NCBI GenBank assembly: GCA_021780755.1
Contig: JAJXYF010000008.1
Location: 66,621-130,620, forward strand
Direction of reading: 5' to 3'
DNA length: 64,000 bases
DNA from: Deltaproteobacteria bacterium
GTDB taxonomy: Bacteria > Desulfobacterota > Binatia > Binatales > Binataceae
Part shown: piece by piece, positions 48,868 to 58,765 of the stretch
How the letters are laid out: each line of letters starts with the position of its first letter
How positions within the stretch are numbered: the stretch's first letter is position 1
Translations under genes and position numbers: made by a program
Notes under the pieces: model-generated
Database searches by the model: none
What the model was told of the DNA's origin: nothing
Seen by the model: the letters and a program-made list of their open reading frames with translations, nothing else

Positions 48868-50418
48868 ATGGCTCCGAAGAGAATCGATCTCGCGCTATTC
48901 GCCGTTGTCGGCATTGCGGCCGGAATTGCTTGTGCGATCGGACCAATCGGACTTATCGTTGCCGTCCTCATTTTTGCCGCGGCGATGTTTTTATGGTTCG
49001 TGCTCGCCGAGCCGAAGGCCGCGCTGTATTTGGGGTTTCTGCTCTTGCTCCTGGCGCAAATAAAATTTCGTTCACGCGATCCGGCCGCGGCGCTCTCAGG
49101 CAACATCGATAGCCAGATTGCGTTTGAACTTCTGATGTACGGATTGGTGTTAGTGATCGCACTGGTCAACCTCGTCAGAATCCTCGATCGCCCGCTCGCG
49201 CCCAGTCGCAACGAGTTGATCCTCGGCAGCTACGTCTTTTTGGCGGCGATTTCATGGTTCTGGTCGTATGCGCCGAGCATCACGTTGGTGCGCGCCTTTG
49301 AATTGGCGATTCTCTATACCTTCACGTTTACCGCGGTGCGCCAGCTTACGCCGAATGGCTTACTCGCGGCGCTCGGTGCAAGCCTGACCTTCATGGTCCT
49401 GACTTGTGCGGGGCTCGCGGCCGTGTTCCCGTGGGCTTCCGGTACCCGGATCGCGCATCAATTATCCGACTTCTCATGGGAGAGCCAGGCGCGCTTTACC
49501 TGGTTCGCTGTGCAGCCAATCAATGCCGCCGCCGAGACCGGCGTTGCGCTGATCTTCCTTGTTGCCGTCGGCCTATACCTGCCGGACGGGTGGCGGCGTC
49601 GCTTCTTACGCGTCCCTCTTTGGCTTTACGTGGTACCTCTCGCAATCGTGCTGCTGGTCACGCGAGCCCGGGGCCCTTTACTCGCGACGGCGGTCGCAAT
49701 CCTCACCCTGTCCTTGCGCAAATACGTGCAGATGCGAGTCGTCCTATGGGCCTCGCTACTGCTTGTTCTGCTGTTCGTGATGATCGCGGTTAATACCGGA
49801 ACTAATCTTCTAAGTGCCGAGAACGACGTGGCCGGCAGTGCGAATCCGATCGTTCAATTCATGCTCCGCGGACAAAGCGCCGGAGAATTCTTTTCGATGA
49901 CTGGGCGCAGTGGATTGTGGAGTACGATCCTTTCATTATTCGAGAGTCGCCCAATTCTCGGTTACGGCTATGTCGCGTCACGCGGCGTGCTCTTGAATGT
50001 GCTGCCATGGGCCGGAGAGGCGCATAACGCACTTGCCGAGACGCTGCTCGACCTGGGAATCGTCGGTGTCATCCTGGTGTGGATCCCGTTGATATCAAGT
50101 CTGTTCTCGAGCCTCTCCGGTGAGACACCAGAGCTGCATGGCTGGGCCGAGAGCTTCCTTTTCGCAACCCTTGTCTTTCTGATCTTTGATGGTTTCTCTG
50201 AGGCCGGATTCGTTGGAGTAGTGAGTACGATGCCGATAGTCTTCTTTACTGTGCTGTTCGCGTGTGGGGATGCCGTTCGTGCGCCATTCGCTGCCGCATC
50301 GTATCAATTCGATCGGCCAGCTTCCTATCGAGTATTCCCCGAAGGTGCTCGTCTGCATCAAGGCAACGGGTTCGCCGGCGGAGCCACTGATCGCGGGAGC
50401 GCGCTCGCGGAGCGATGA
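48868..50418 (+). CDS. O-antigen ligase / Wzy-like polymerase family membrane protein
   Basis: ~12 TM helices with a large periplasmic loop. Pattern typical of the Wzy_C family. Positioned between two GT genes. Confidence 0.6.
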   Translation: MAPKRIDLALFAVVGIAAGIACAIGPIGLIVAVLIFAAAMFLWFVLAEPKAALYLGFLLLLLAQIKFRSRDPAAALSGNIDSQIAFELLMYGLVLVIALVNLVRILDRPLAPSRNELILGSYVFLAAISWFWSYAPSITLVRAFELAILYTFTFTAVRQLTPNGLLAALGASLTFMVLTCAGLAAVFPWASGTRIAHQLSDFSWESQARFTWFAVQPINAAAETGVALIFLVAVGLYLPDGWRRRFLRVPLWLYVVPLAIVLLVTRARGPLLATAVAILTLSLRKYVQMRVVLWASLLLVLLFVMIAVNTGTNLLSAENDVAGSANPIVQFMLRGQSAGEFFSMTGRSGLWSTILSLFESRPILGYGYVASRGVLLNVLPWAGEAHNALAETLLDLGIVGVILVWIPLISSLFSSLSGETPELHGWAESFLFATLVFLIFDGFSEAGFVGVVSTMPIVFFTVLFACGDAVRAPFAAASYQFDRPASYRVFPEGARLHQGNGFAGGATDRGSALAER

Positions 50419-51524
50419 TCGAGGTCGTGGGCAGCAACAAACGCCTTCGAGTCGGCATCGACGGTCGCAACCTCAGACGTAACGGCAGCGGTTTCATTCG
50501 CTATACGGTCGAGTTGTGCAAGGCTCTCGATGCGGCGATGCCGGACGCGGAATTCTATGTTTATAGTCCGTTTCCGGTGGAACTTCCGGTCAAGTCGGAG
50601 CGCTGGATTCCGCGCGTAGATCATTGCTCGCTCAAGGGTCGCATTCGCGGCGCGTTTTGGCTTAAAGCCCGCTTGGGTTTTTTATGCCGACATGACCGGT
50701 TGGATTCATTCTGGGCCACGGTGACCTTCTTGCCGCCTCTAATGGCGGGCGTGAAGAAGGTCGTAAGCGTGCACGACGTCGTTCATCTTGTCGCGCCGGA
50801 GACGATGAGCCTCAGGCTCAATCTGCCGCTCTATCTTTTCTTCGCGCGTGACTGTCGGCGCGCTGACGCGATCCTGACCAATTCGCACGGAACCGCGGAG
50901 CGCCTCTACCAAACCCTCGGCTGTCGGACGGTGGGTGTGGTTCATCCCGCGGTTTCGAACGATTTTCGTCCGCGTCCGCCCGAGGAGGTCAGAGCGTGTC
51001 GTCAACGCTACGGTCTGGTCTCGCCATATATTCTGGGAGTCGGCGTTTCGGTTCGCCGCAAGAACGTTGAGACGCTGATTAGGACTTTTTTGGCAATGAA
51101 GCGCAACGGCGAACTGCCCAACCACGTTCTCGTACTGGCAGGGCCGAAGGGGCGTGATCAGAAACTGAACACACTCGTCGAGTCCAATCACGATTGCATC
51201 CGAATGCTCGGCTACGTTCCCGAAGAAGATCTGCCAGCACTATATTGTGGCGCCTCAGTGTTTGCTTTCCCCTCGTTATACGAAGGGTTCGGGATACCGG
51301 TGCTCGAGGCGCGTGCGTGCGGAACCCCCATCGTCGCTACGAACTCGCCGGAACTGATCGAAGCGGGTGGTCGTGGCCCTATCTACATCGAGCCCACGAT
51401 CTCCGGCATACGCACGGGACTTCTCGAGTCGCTCGCGCGTCCGCAATGTCCAGCACCTTCAGATGCGGAGCTTCCCCGCTGGTCGGAAAGCGTAAAGCCC
51501 CTCGCTCAAGCCCTCTATCGCTAA
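50415..51524 (+). CDS. glycosyltransferase family 4 (second)
   Basis: GT-B C-terminal domain (GFGIPVLEARACGTPIVATNSPELIEAGG). Overlapping start. Confidence 0.7.
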   Translation: MIEVVGSNKRLRVGIDGRNLRRNGSGFIRYTVELCKALDAAMPDAEFYVYSPFPVELPVKSERWIPRVDHCSLKGRIRGAFWLKARLGFLCRHDRLDSFWATVTFLPPLMAGVKKVVSVHDVVHLVAPETMSLRLNLPLYLFFARDCRRADAILTNSHGTAERLYQTLGCRTVGVVHPAVSNDFRPRPPEEVRACRQRYGLVSPYILGVGVSVRRKNVETLIRTFLAMKRNGELPNHVLVLAGPKGRDQKLNTLVESNHDCIRMLGYVPEEDLPALYCGASVFAFPSLYEGFGIPVLEARACGTPIVATNSPELIEAGGRGPIYIEPTISGIRTGLLESLARPQCPAPSDAELPRWSESVKPLAQALYR

Positions 51525-51818
51525 CGATTCGGATAGCGAATCCAGGTAGGGAATTGGCAGCTGCTACCTGCATCAATGCCAGATTTGCTGACATTTGCGT
51601 CTCTCTTTTCCATCAAACTCTTAAGTAAATCAATAACTCGATTATTGAACCTCAATGGTATCATATTTGCTTTAAAAGTCTCTACGCATTTGCAATTTAG
51701 CGCCGAGGGACATTTTCATTTGCAACAATTCACTGATTGGGCTATTTAAAGAGCGGTAGAGTAGCATGAGTAGCAGGCCGCTAATTCGCTCGATAAAATA
51801 GAGGTGTAAAGAACAAAA

Positions 51819-53522
51819 ATGACTATCAGATATCCTAAAAGATGGATTAAGGTGGTGTTAGCGAATGTGACTATGCTCATGTTTGCCGTCATTATGATCC
51901 CTGCTTCTGCCGGCGCAGTCACCTTGGGCCATGCTCTCGAATTCTCGGCGCTCAGTACTGCGGGTGATGTGAACATCAACAACGTTGCCAAGGTCGGCAT
52001 CGCCTTACTCGGTCCCCAAGGTGATGTCGGAGGTCAAAATGTGACCCTCGGCAGCAATTCGCTCGCTGGCGGGAATGTGGATACCGACCCGGGCAATATT
52101 ACCGTAGGTAATTTCTCGAGCGTCAAGGGCGAGTGCATTACCAATGGTGGCACCATTACTCTCGATCTTGGCGCAAAATGCCACACCCAGTTTACTGGCG
52201 GTGACGGTGGCCTTAAGGCGCAGGCCATCACGGACGTAGGCACGTTCGTCACTACTTTGCTAGGCGAAACTCCGACAACGATGCCTGCTCTGACGGTAAA
52301 GAACTATCCAAGCACGACGCTCGCCATCGGAGCTGGCCTTAACATCATCGAGATACCATCAGTGACGCTCAACAACTCCTCGACGCTGACTCTTGATGGC
52401 GGCGGTTTAGGGGGAACCGTGGTGCTGCAGATCGACACCACCCTGGAGATCGGCAGTGGCGCGCGGATTCTGCTTAAAGGCGGACTCAGTGCGGCCGATG
52501 TAGTGATCTACGTTGGCGGTAGCATCCCGATATGGGGTAACACCACCACGGTGAACGGCACCATTCTGGTGCCCAATGCTGCTGTCGCGGCCGGCAGTGG
52601 CGCCAAGGTTTTTGGTGCGATTATTGGCGAGGGTAATGTAACGTTTTTGCAGAACGCTGGGCTCACCTTTGAACCAACGCTGGTCGACCTACCGGGTACG
52701 ATCCCGCCTCCTCCTCTTACGCTCGGCAATGCCGCTTCATTCCTAGTCGTAGCTACGGGCGGAAACGTGAAGCTTGGTAACGTGATGCTCGCTAATCCTG
52801 CATTCCCGAATTCCGGTGATATTGGTGGAGAAAGCGATGTCTTCGGTAGCAACTCGGTCATTCAGGGTAATGTGATCGCTTCCTCAGGCGCGTCACCTGA
52901 TGTTACGCTTGGGAATTTCACCAAAGTGAAACAGACTTGTTACACCGCTGGTGGAACCGTGGCAGTAGGCTCTGGTGCATCGTGTGCAAGTACTGACACG
53001 AGCGCTTCCAATACGGCAGTCTCCCGGCTTAACGGTTCGGGATCAGATGCGAGTTCTTTCGCTGCCGCAGCGAACGCCTTCCCGGTCGACCAGTCGCTGG
53101 CTGCGATCAACATTCCGGCATCACATAGCCAGACGGTCACTTGCGGCGTAGCAGGTCGCAACGTAATCGACACCCCGTCGATCACGTTGGGCGGCTCGTC
53201 AACGCTGACAATCAATTGCGCAAGTGGTGACATCGTTGTCTTCAATGTGCCCGGCGCGATGACCCTTGGTGCGGGTTTCACGATTGCGCTCACCGGCGGC
53301 ATCACGGCCGACTCGGTGGTGTTCAATGTGGAAGGCGTATCGGCGACTGCTGCCCTCATTGGCGGAACTTCGAGTACTTTCAATGGGACCTTGGTTGCAG
53401 CATCACGTAATTGCCAGGTGAACACCGGTGCGGCAATCAATGGGCAACTGGTTTGCGGCGGGAACGTCACTGTCGGTGACAATCTGACCGCGACCTACGT
53501 TCCGTTGGTTCCGATTCCGTAA
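51819..53522 (+). CDS. secreted protein with two tandem DUF3494-like beta-helix modules (paralog 3)
   Basis: Signal peptide, then VTLGHALEFSALSTAGDV... The module IPSVTLNNSSTLTLDGGGLGGTVVLQIDTTLEIGSGARILLKGGLSAADVVIYVGG recurs as TPSITLGGSSTLTINCASGDIVVFNVPGAMTLGAGFTIALTGGITADSVVFNVEG in the second half. Confidence 0.6.
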   Translation: MTIRYPKRWIKVVLANVTMLMFAVIMIPASAGAVTLGHALEFSALSTAGDVNINNVAKVGIALLGPQGDVGGQNVTLGSNSLAGGNVDTDPGNITVGNFSSVKGECITNGGTITLDLGAKCHTQFTGGDGGLKAQAITDVGTFVTTLLGETPTTMPALTVKNYPSTTLAIGAGLNIIEIPSVTLNNSSTLTLDGGGLGGTVVLQIDTTLEIGSGARILLKGGLSAADVVIYVGGSIPIWGNTTTVNGTILVPNAAVAAGSGAKVFGAIIGEGNVTFLQNAGLTFEPTLVDLPGTIPPPPLTLGNAASFLVVATGGNVKLGNVMLANPAFPNSGDIGGESDVFGSNSVIQGNVIASSGASPDVTLGNFTKVKQTCYTAGGTVAVGSGASCASTDTSASNTAVSRLNGSGSDASSFAAAANAFPVDQSLAAINIPASHSQTVTCGVAGRNVIDTPSITLGGSSTLTINCASGDIVVFNVPGAMTLGAGFTIALTGGITADSVVFNVEGVSATAALIGGTSSTFNGTLVAASRNCQVNTGAAINGQLVCGGNVTVGDNLTATYVPLVPIP

Positions 53523-53542
53523 CTGCACTGAAGTAACCCTCG

Positions 53543-53576
53543 CCAAGGTGTTGAGGGATTTCCCTCAACACCTTGG
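53543..53576. terminator. perfect 15-bp stem hairpin (no U-tract) 20 nt after the paralog-3 stop
   Basis: ccaaggtgttgaggg-attt-ccctcaacaccttgg, read directly. Confidence 0.35.
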
Positions 53577-53782
53577 GCAGAGGCCGACAGCGGACGATTG
53601 ATTTGGATGGGGGATCCTGAGTTCACGCCGGGGTCCCCGACGCTTATTCAGGGGCCGGAAACTTCAGGTGTGGACTTCGATTAGCCTTCGGGTGACCAGC
53701 CTGACGCGTCTCTCGCTACTGTATTTTGATCGGACAAGCCGGCGCGGATCGAAAGGGTTGCCCCGAATTCCCGTCGTCTTAT

Positions 53783-55501
53783 TTATTCGCTTGCGTTCCG
53801 GAACCGTTCGGCTATTTCAGGCGGCGCGACGGGAAGGTTTCGGCCGCTTAATCGACTGCCGGCGCCAGGCATAAACTTATAGTTGGCGGCGTCCGTAAAG
53901 TGTGGATCCTCGAAGATTGAACCCTGGTCGCGCGATCTGCTTTGCCATCCAGCGAAATTCAGCCGCTCCCCGCCGGCCATCCGGAAGACGTCGCTCCGGT
54001 CCGGATTGAACCACAGGTTATCATGCGAGGTGAGGGTATCGACGAAATCCTTCCAGAATTCGGGCGCGAGAGTAGTTGCGATCAGCGACTCTGCCCCGCT
54101 GCCAACGATAACGTCATGCTGCAAATTCCAATGATCTGAGACGAGCATCTGGGTCTGTCCCGTTTTCCAGCGCTTAATCGGTCGCGGCGTATCATACATG
54201 CCGCTGATCAAAATCTGTGATTTTCCATTGTTATAAAGAATGTCGTTATTGAGCGAGACCCCACTCGAATTTCCGCTCAGCACACCCGCGCCGTCCCGAT
54301 TATCGCAGATAATGCTGTGGGTCAGGCCGATCGGCCCTGGGTTCGCTTCGATGAAAACGCCGTCGGTCTGATTTCCGCATATAAAGGCGTTGTCCACCAC
54401 GACATCGGAGCAGTCGGTGTCGAACCAAACCCCGCGCGTTTGATTGGCAATGGCGACAAGACCGCGATAAACGGCATTCGTGATCTGAAGACTCTTGATT
54501 CCGGCCGGCGCCCATCCGATAAAGCCGCCGGCTGCTCCCCGCCAGTTATTATGCGACGTCTCGCTATTCTCGAGCAGCAGGTCATTGACCCGCCACAGCG
54601 TCATGCCTGCGCCGCCGTTGAAGTTTGCCTTGCTGTTTCTGATGGTGAAGCCGTTAGTGGCACGAACCGACAAGCCGAGCCAATTATTCCAGACCAGGAG
54701 ACAGTCGGCGATCGTTACGTTCGATGAATTCTCGACCGTAACCGCGGCTTCCTGCATTGGTCCGTTCGAATACTCAAATGTAAGGCCCCGTACAACGATA
54801 TTTCCCCCACCCTCGATGCGAAACAGAGAATTCCGCTCCGCCACCTCGACAGTCGCGGTATCGAGAATGGTGCCGGCTTGCGGGTGAACGTAGGTGATGT
54901 GCGCATCGTCATCCACATAGAATGACGCGTTCGCACGTTCCACCTCCCTGCGCGACATCACCTGTTCGAGCGAATGTCCATTGACGATAATCATTTCGCG
55001 CCGTCTGACGATCGGAGTAATCCGTTGCGACTCCCAACCCGCCGGAATCGAGGCCAAGCCCCACGAATATGGCCATGAATGCGTCCAGACCGAAGAGTTC
55101 GTGCGCTGCCAGCCCTGCCAGATATTTGCGCCCGACACTGTAACTCGGCCATTCCCCGCGCCTTCGATGATTATCGGCGCAGGCTTCTCGGAGCGCGCGG
55201 AGCCAACCGTGATCGCCTCGCGATAGACTCCGGGGGATACGACAATTCTGGTTCCAACGTTTCGTGCTCGATTCCGGATCGCGATTGCCGTTGCGGCGCC
55301 GATCGTCCGCAATGGTGCGGCGCGCGTTCCCTGGTTGCTGTCGGACGCGTGGATCGCCGGTCCATCCACATAGAGCGTCGCGCCAACCGTCCCGGACATT
55401 ACCGTGCCCGTCGTCTGCGCGGATGATCGATCAGCGAGGCTGAATACGGCAAGCACAGCGAACCATGCCGCCAGCACCTTTATTCGCGTTGCCAGGAACA
55501 A
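53783..55501 (-). CDS. secreted right-handed parallel beta-helix (pectate-lyase-fold) protein, paralog A
   Basis: Signal peptide, then PbH1-type repeats (NAVYRGLVAIANQTRGVWFDTDCSDVVVDNAFICGNQTDGVFIEAN...). Confidence 0.6.
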   Translation of the reverse strand: MFLATRIKVLAAWFAVLAVFSLADRSSAQTTGTVMSGTVGATLYVDGPAIHASDSNQGTRAAPLRTIGAATAIAIRNRARNVGTRIVVSPGVYREAITVGSARSEKPAPIIIEGAGNGRVTVSGANIWQGWQRTNSSVWTHSWPYSWGLASIPAGWESQRITPIVRRREMIIVNGHSLEQVMSRREVERANASFYVDDDAHITYVHPQAGTILDTATVEVAERNSLFRIEGGGNIVVRGLTFEYSNGPMQEAAVTVENSSNVTIADCLLVWNNWLGLSVRATNGFTIRNSKANFNGGAGMTLWRVNDLLLENSETSHNNWRGAAGGFIGWAPAGIKSLQITNAVYRGLVAIANQTRGVWFDTDCSDVVVDNAFICGNQTDGVFIEANPGPIGLTHSIICDNRDGAGVLSGNSSGVSLNNDILYNNGKSQILISGMYDTPRPIKRWKTGQTQMLVSDHWNLQHDVIVGSGAESLIATTLAPEFWKDFVDTLTSHDNLWFNPDRSDVFRMAGGERLNFAGWQSRSRDQGSIFEDPHFTDAANYKFMPGAGSRLSGRNLPVAPPEIAERFRNASE

Positions 55502-55613
55502 ACGGATGCACCCTGAGCCAAGGCTATCAGCGACTCAACCGTCGCGCTGTAAAGTGGCAACAGGTCGTCGTGGATACACGACGACCTGTTGCCGCTCTGA
55601 CGACCTTGAGCCG

Positions 55614-57278
55614 CTATTGAAATTGATCGGGCGTACCGCAATAGGAAGGAAGCTGAACTGAGGGTACGGCGGAAGTCGAATTCCCGTCCTGCTGTGTGCT
55701 GCTCTGCCATCCGGCGAGATTCTGGCGCCCGAATAAAGTGGAAAACGGCGCATAATTCGTGGCGCCGTACCAATCATTATAGTCGGAGCTCAGCGTCTGG
55801 ACAAACAACGCCCATGAGCTATGCAAACTCGAGGTGAGCACGTATTGCTGCGACGATGTGCCGGCAAGGACGTTGCCGTTGAGCGAGAAATTTTGCGAGT
55901 ATAGAGAATATGACTGACCCGTCGCGAAGTCGATGACCTTTCGCGGAGAGTCACTTCCGCCAATAAACGTTCCGGCCTTGTTGCCATACGCAATGCTGTT
56001 CGTGACGGCGAAGTTCGTCGCGTTTGCGACTTGAATTCCGTTGGAGACATTGCGCAGCAAAAGAACGTTCTGCAGATTTACTGGACCCTCGCTTGCCTCC
56101 ACGAAGAATCCGTTGGTGAGGTTCCCACAAAACTGCGAATTTGAAATAGTTACATTTCGGCTGTCGGTATCGAGCCATAATCCGCCGGTCTGATTGTAGG
56201 ACGATACGTAATTGACCAGCGAGGCATCGTGAATCCGCGTGATCTTCATCCCGTCCGCGTCGAAGCCCACGAACCCGCCGGCGGCGCCGCGCCAGTTGTT
56301 ACTCGACGTCTGATCATTTTGGAACAGTAGATTCTCCACCTTGGACATCGCGATGCCGTTCTCGCCGTTGCCGTCCGCTTCGCTGTTCTGGATCGTCACC
56401 CGACTCACCGGGTTGCCTGAAAGCGAAAGCGCATCCCAGTTGTTCTGATTAAACGCGCAATCATCGACCAGAATGTTCGAGCCGCCGATCAATTTGACCG
56501 CGGCATTGCCGACCGCATTAACGGCGGTGTTGTCGTATTCGAATACCAATCCCCTAAGCACAAGGTTGCTGATTCCGCGCGGCATCACCAGCAGACCCGC
56601 CCTGGTGGAGACTTCAACCACCGCGCTCGACATGTCCGTACCAGCGGGTGGCCAGATCGTTATCGTGCTACCGTCCACCACGTTGAATGTGCCCGGGCCC
56701 GGCAATGGCAATGAGAGGACCTGCGTGAGCTGAACTTTATTGACAAACACCATCTCCCGCCGGGTCACAATCGGCTGCAGGGTAGGCCAGTATGCTGGTG
56801 TCGGCGCGTTGCCCCATGTGTACGGCCAGGCATGAACGTAGGTTCCGCCACTCTGACTCTGCCAACCGGTCCATACGTCGGCGCCGGACACCACCGCCTG
56901 TCCCGGATTCATCGCCTCGATAATCAGCGGGGCCGGATCGCTTACGCTAAAGGCACTCAGGCTGAGTGCTTCGCGATAGGTGCCGTCCCCGATTTCGATT
57001 CTTGCCCCGTTTGCTATATTGCTTGCGGCTGACGTGAGTGCGCGCCCGATGGTCGCGAACGGCTCACTTTGCGTTCCTGGGTTACTGTCCGATGCCGCCG
57101 GGTTCGACTGATCCACGTAGATCGTGGTGGTCACCGCGGATTCGTCGATCTGGGCGCCCGTTATCTGAGCGTACGCGTTGGAAGCCATGGCGATCACGAT
57201 CGCCAGCAGGGCGCTGCTTCCGAATCGCAACTTTGACGATAAAGGATTATATTTCTTCATAACTGGCGTTCTCAACAA
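55614..57278 (-). CDS. secreted right-handed parallel beta-helix protein, paralog B (tandem to A)
   Basis: Same architecture as 53783..55501 and collinear with it (YVDQSNPAASDSNPGT...RIEIGDGTYRE...NNWRGAAGGFVGFDADG). Confidence 0.6.
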   Translation of the reverse strand: MLRTPVMKKYNPLSSKLRFGSSALLAIVIAMASNAYAQITGAQIDESAVTTTIYVDQSNPAASDSNPGTQSEPFATIGRALTSAASNIANGARIEIGDGTYREALSLSAFSVSDPAPLIIEAMNPGQAVVSGADVWTGWQSQSGGTYVHAWPYTWGNAPTPAYWPTLQPIVTRREMVFVNKVQLTQVLSLPLPGPGTFNVVDGSTITIWPPAGTDMSSAVVEVSTRAGLLVMPRGISNLVLRGLVFEYDNTAVNAVGNAAVKLIGGSNILVDDCAFNQNNWDALSLSGNPVSRVTIQNSEADGNGENGIAMSKVENLLFQNDQTSSNNWRGAAGGFVGFDADGMKITRIHDASLVNYVSSYNQTGGLWLDTDSRNVTISNSQFCGNLTNGFFVEASEGPVNLQNVLLLRNVSNGIQVANATNFAVTNSIAYGNKAGTFIGGSDSPRKVIDFATGQSYSLYSQNFSLNGNVLAGTSSQQYVLTSSLHSSWALFVQTLSSDYNDWYGATNYAPFSTLFGRQNLAGWQSSTQQDGNSTSAVPSVQLPSYCGTPDQFQ

Positions 57279-57434
57279 GTACTACAATTTCGTTCATAAT
57301 ACGATACAATTTATGATGTTTACGCGTGCTCTATAGTGAAGCACTTGGCGTGCCATCGAAGATTCGGCGAAGTGGGCCGAGATAGGCCACTGTAAGCTCA
57401 AATCGGGAAGAATAAGTTGTTGCAAAATCGCACA

Positions 57435-58208
57435 ATGTCCGAGGATCGCTGTCCGTTTTGTGGAAACGATGCCGCTCTATATCTGGCAACCGCCGGGTTC
57501 GGGAGATGCCGCTCCTGCTCCCTGATTTTCCGCGCCAATGTCAGCGGACCGGCAGATTTGGACGAACTTTACGCGCAGAGTTGGGCTCATCCGGAGACCA
57601 ATCGCAGCGAGACCGGTGGCACGGAGTTGGCCCATTCCCAGGTGTACGCCCGGCTGCTCGCGAAAAGCCTCGCGGTAAACGACTTTCGCGGTCTCACGCT
57701 CTGTGATTTCGGGGCTGGCCGCGGATCAATGGCGCAAGCGCTGATCGAACTGGGCGGGGAAGTAATCGCGATTGAGCCGTACGGCCATGAATACCTGATT
57801 TCGCGTGGCATTAAGACTTATAAGACGCTGGCCGACGTCCCGGCGCAAGTACAGTTCGATGGCATCGTCAGTGTCTCGGTGCTGGAGCATCTGCGTGCTC
57901 CATGGCAAGAGCTCGAGCAATTACGCGATCGTCTGAAATCAAAGGGATGGGCCTACTTCGCAACTCCCAACGCCGCCGGATTGGCAGCCCGTATCGGGGG
58001 TAACCGATGGCGGGAGGCGTTAAGGCCCGGCCATCTGGTTCTGTTGACTCCCGGAACGATCGCGAACGCTCTGTCGAAAGCCGGGTACACGAATTTCAAA
58101 CGGCTTAAGTGGTATATAGGCTATCGCCGAGGGATACGGAAAGCCTTGGGCTATTCTCTTCAGTTGTCTGGCTTTGACGGTGAGCTTCGCTATTTAGCAT
58201 TCAACTGA
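57435..58208 (+). CDS. class I SAM-dependent methyltransferase with N-terminal Cys4 zinc-ribbon
   Basis: CPFCGN...CRSC, then methyltransferase motif I LCDFGAGRGSMA and a post-I acidic residue. Confidence 0.7.
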   Translation: MSEDRCPFCGNDAALYLATAGFGRCRSCSLIFRANVSGPADLDELYAQSWAHPETNRSETGGTELAHSQVYARLLAKSLAVNDFRGLTLCDFGAGRGSMAQALIELGGEVIAIEPYGHEYLISRGIKTYKTLADVPAQVQFDGIVSVSVLEHLRAPWQELEQLRDRLKSKGWAYFATPNAAGLAARIGGNRWREALRPGHLVLLTPGTIANALSKAGYTNFKRLKWYIGYRRGIRKALGYSLQLSGFDGELRYLAFN

Positions 58209-58745
58209 TTTTGCACTTCTTAAAATAACTTACTCTCCGTCATAGAGATCCCGATTCCGAACCCGAAATCCTCCTCGGGTAACGCGGCAATACATAAGGT
58301 CTTTGCCTGCTACGGCGCGAAATTAAAGCGTACTGCGACGAATGTTGACAGCTTGCGGTGTAGTGCTCCATCCCAGCAGGCATGTTCAGATCCGGGGCCG
58401 GTCGCTCGAAGGCCGGGTACACGCCGGTACACGAATTTAAAATGGTTTAAATGGTCTATAGATCATCACCAAGCGATATGGAAAGTCCTGGATTATTCTC
58501 TTCAGTTGTCTGGTCTTGACGGTAGGGTTGGTTATTAGCATTTAACTGATTCTACGCCCTCTAAAACAATCTACTCTCCATCGTAGAGATCCCCATTCCG
58601 AACCCGAACTCTCCTTCGGGTAATGGCAATACATACGGTCTTTGTGTGCTATGGCGCGAAATTAAACCATATTGTGGTGAATGTTGACATTTGCTGCATA
58701 GTTGAGTACTAAATGCCGTCGTGTCGCATAACTCAAACCCTCAAA
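58076..58745. repeat. tandem direct duplication, unit ~332 bp (58076-58407 / 58408-58745), ~80% identity
   Basis: Copy 1 holds the intact 3' end of the methyltransferase gene plus the downstream spacer. Copy 2 holds a decayed copy of that 3' end (ORF remnant ...DYSLQLSGLDGRVGY) plus the spacer, which ends in TTGACA-17-TACTAA directly upstream of paralog 4. Confidence 0.7.
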
Positions 58746-58765
58746 ACTTAGCAGTGGGGAGATCA

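Noticed and set aside
53600-53630. Imperfect inverted repeat GGGGATCC...GGGGTCCCC between convergent genes
   Set aside because: One mismatch, long loop, no T-tract. Not distinguishable from chance in GC-rich DNA.
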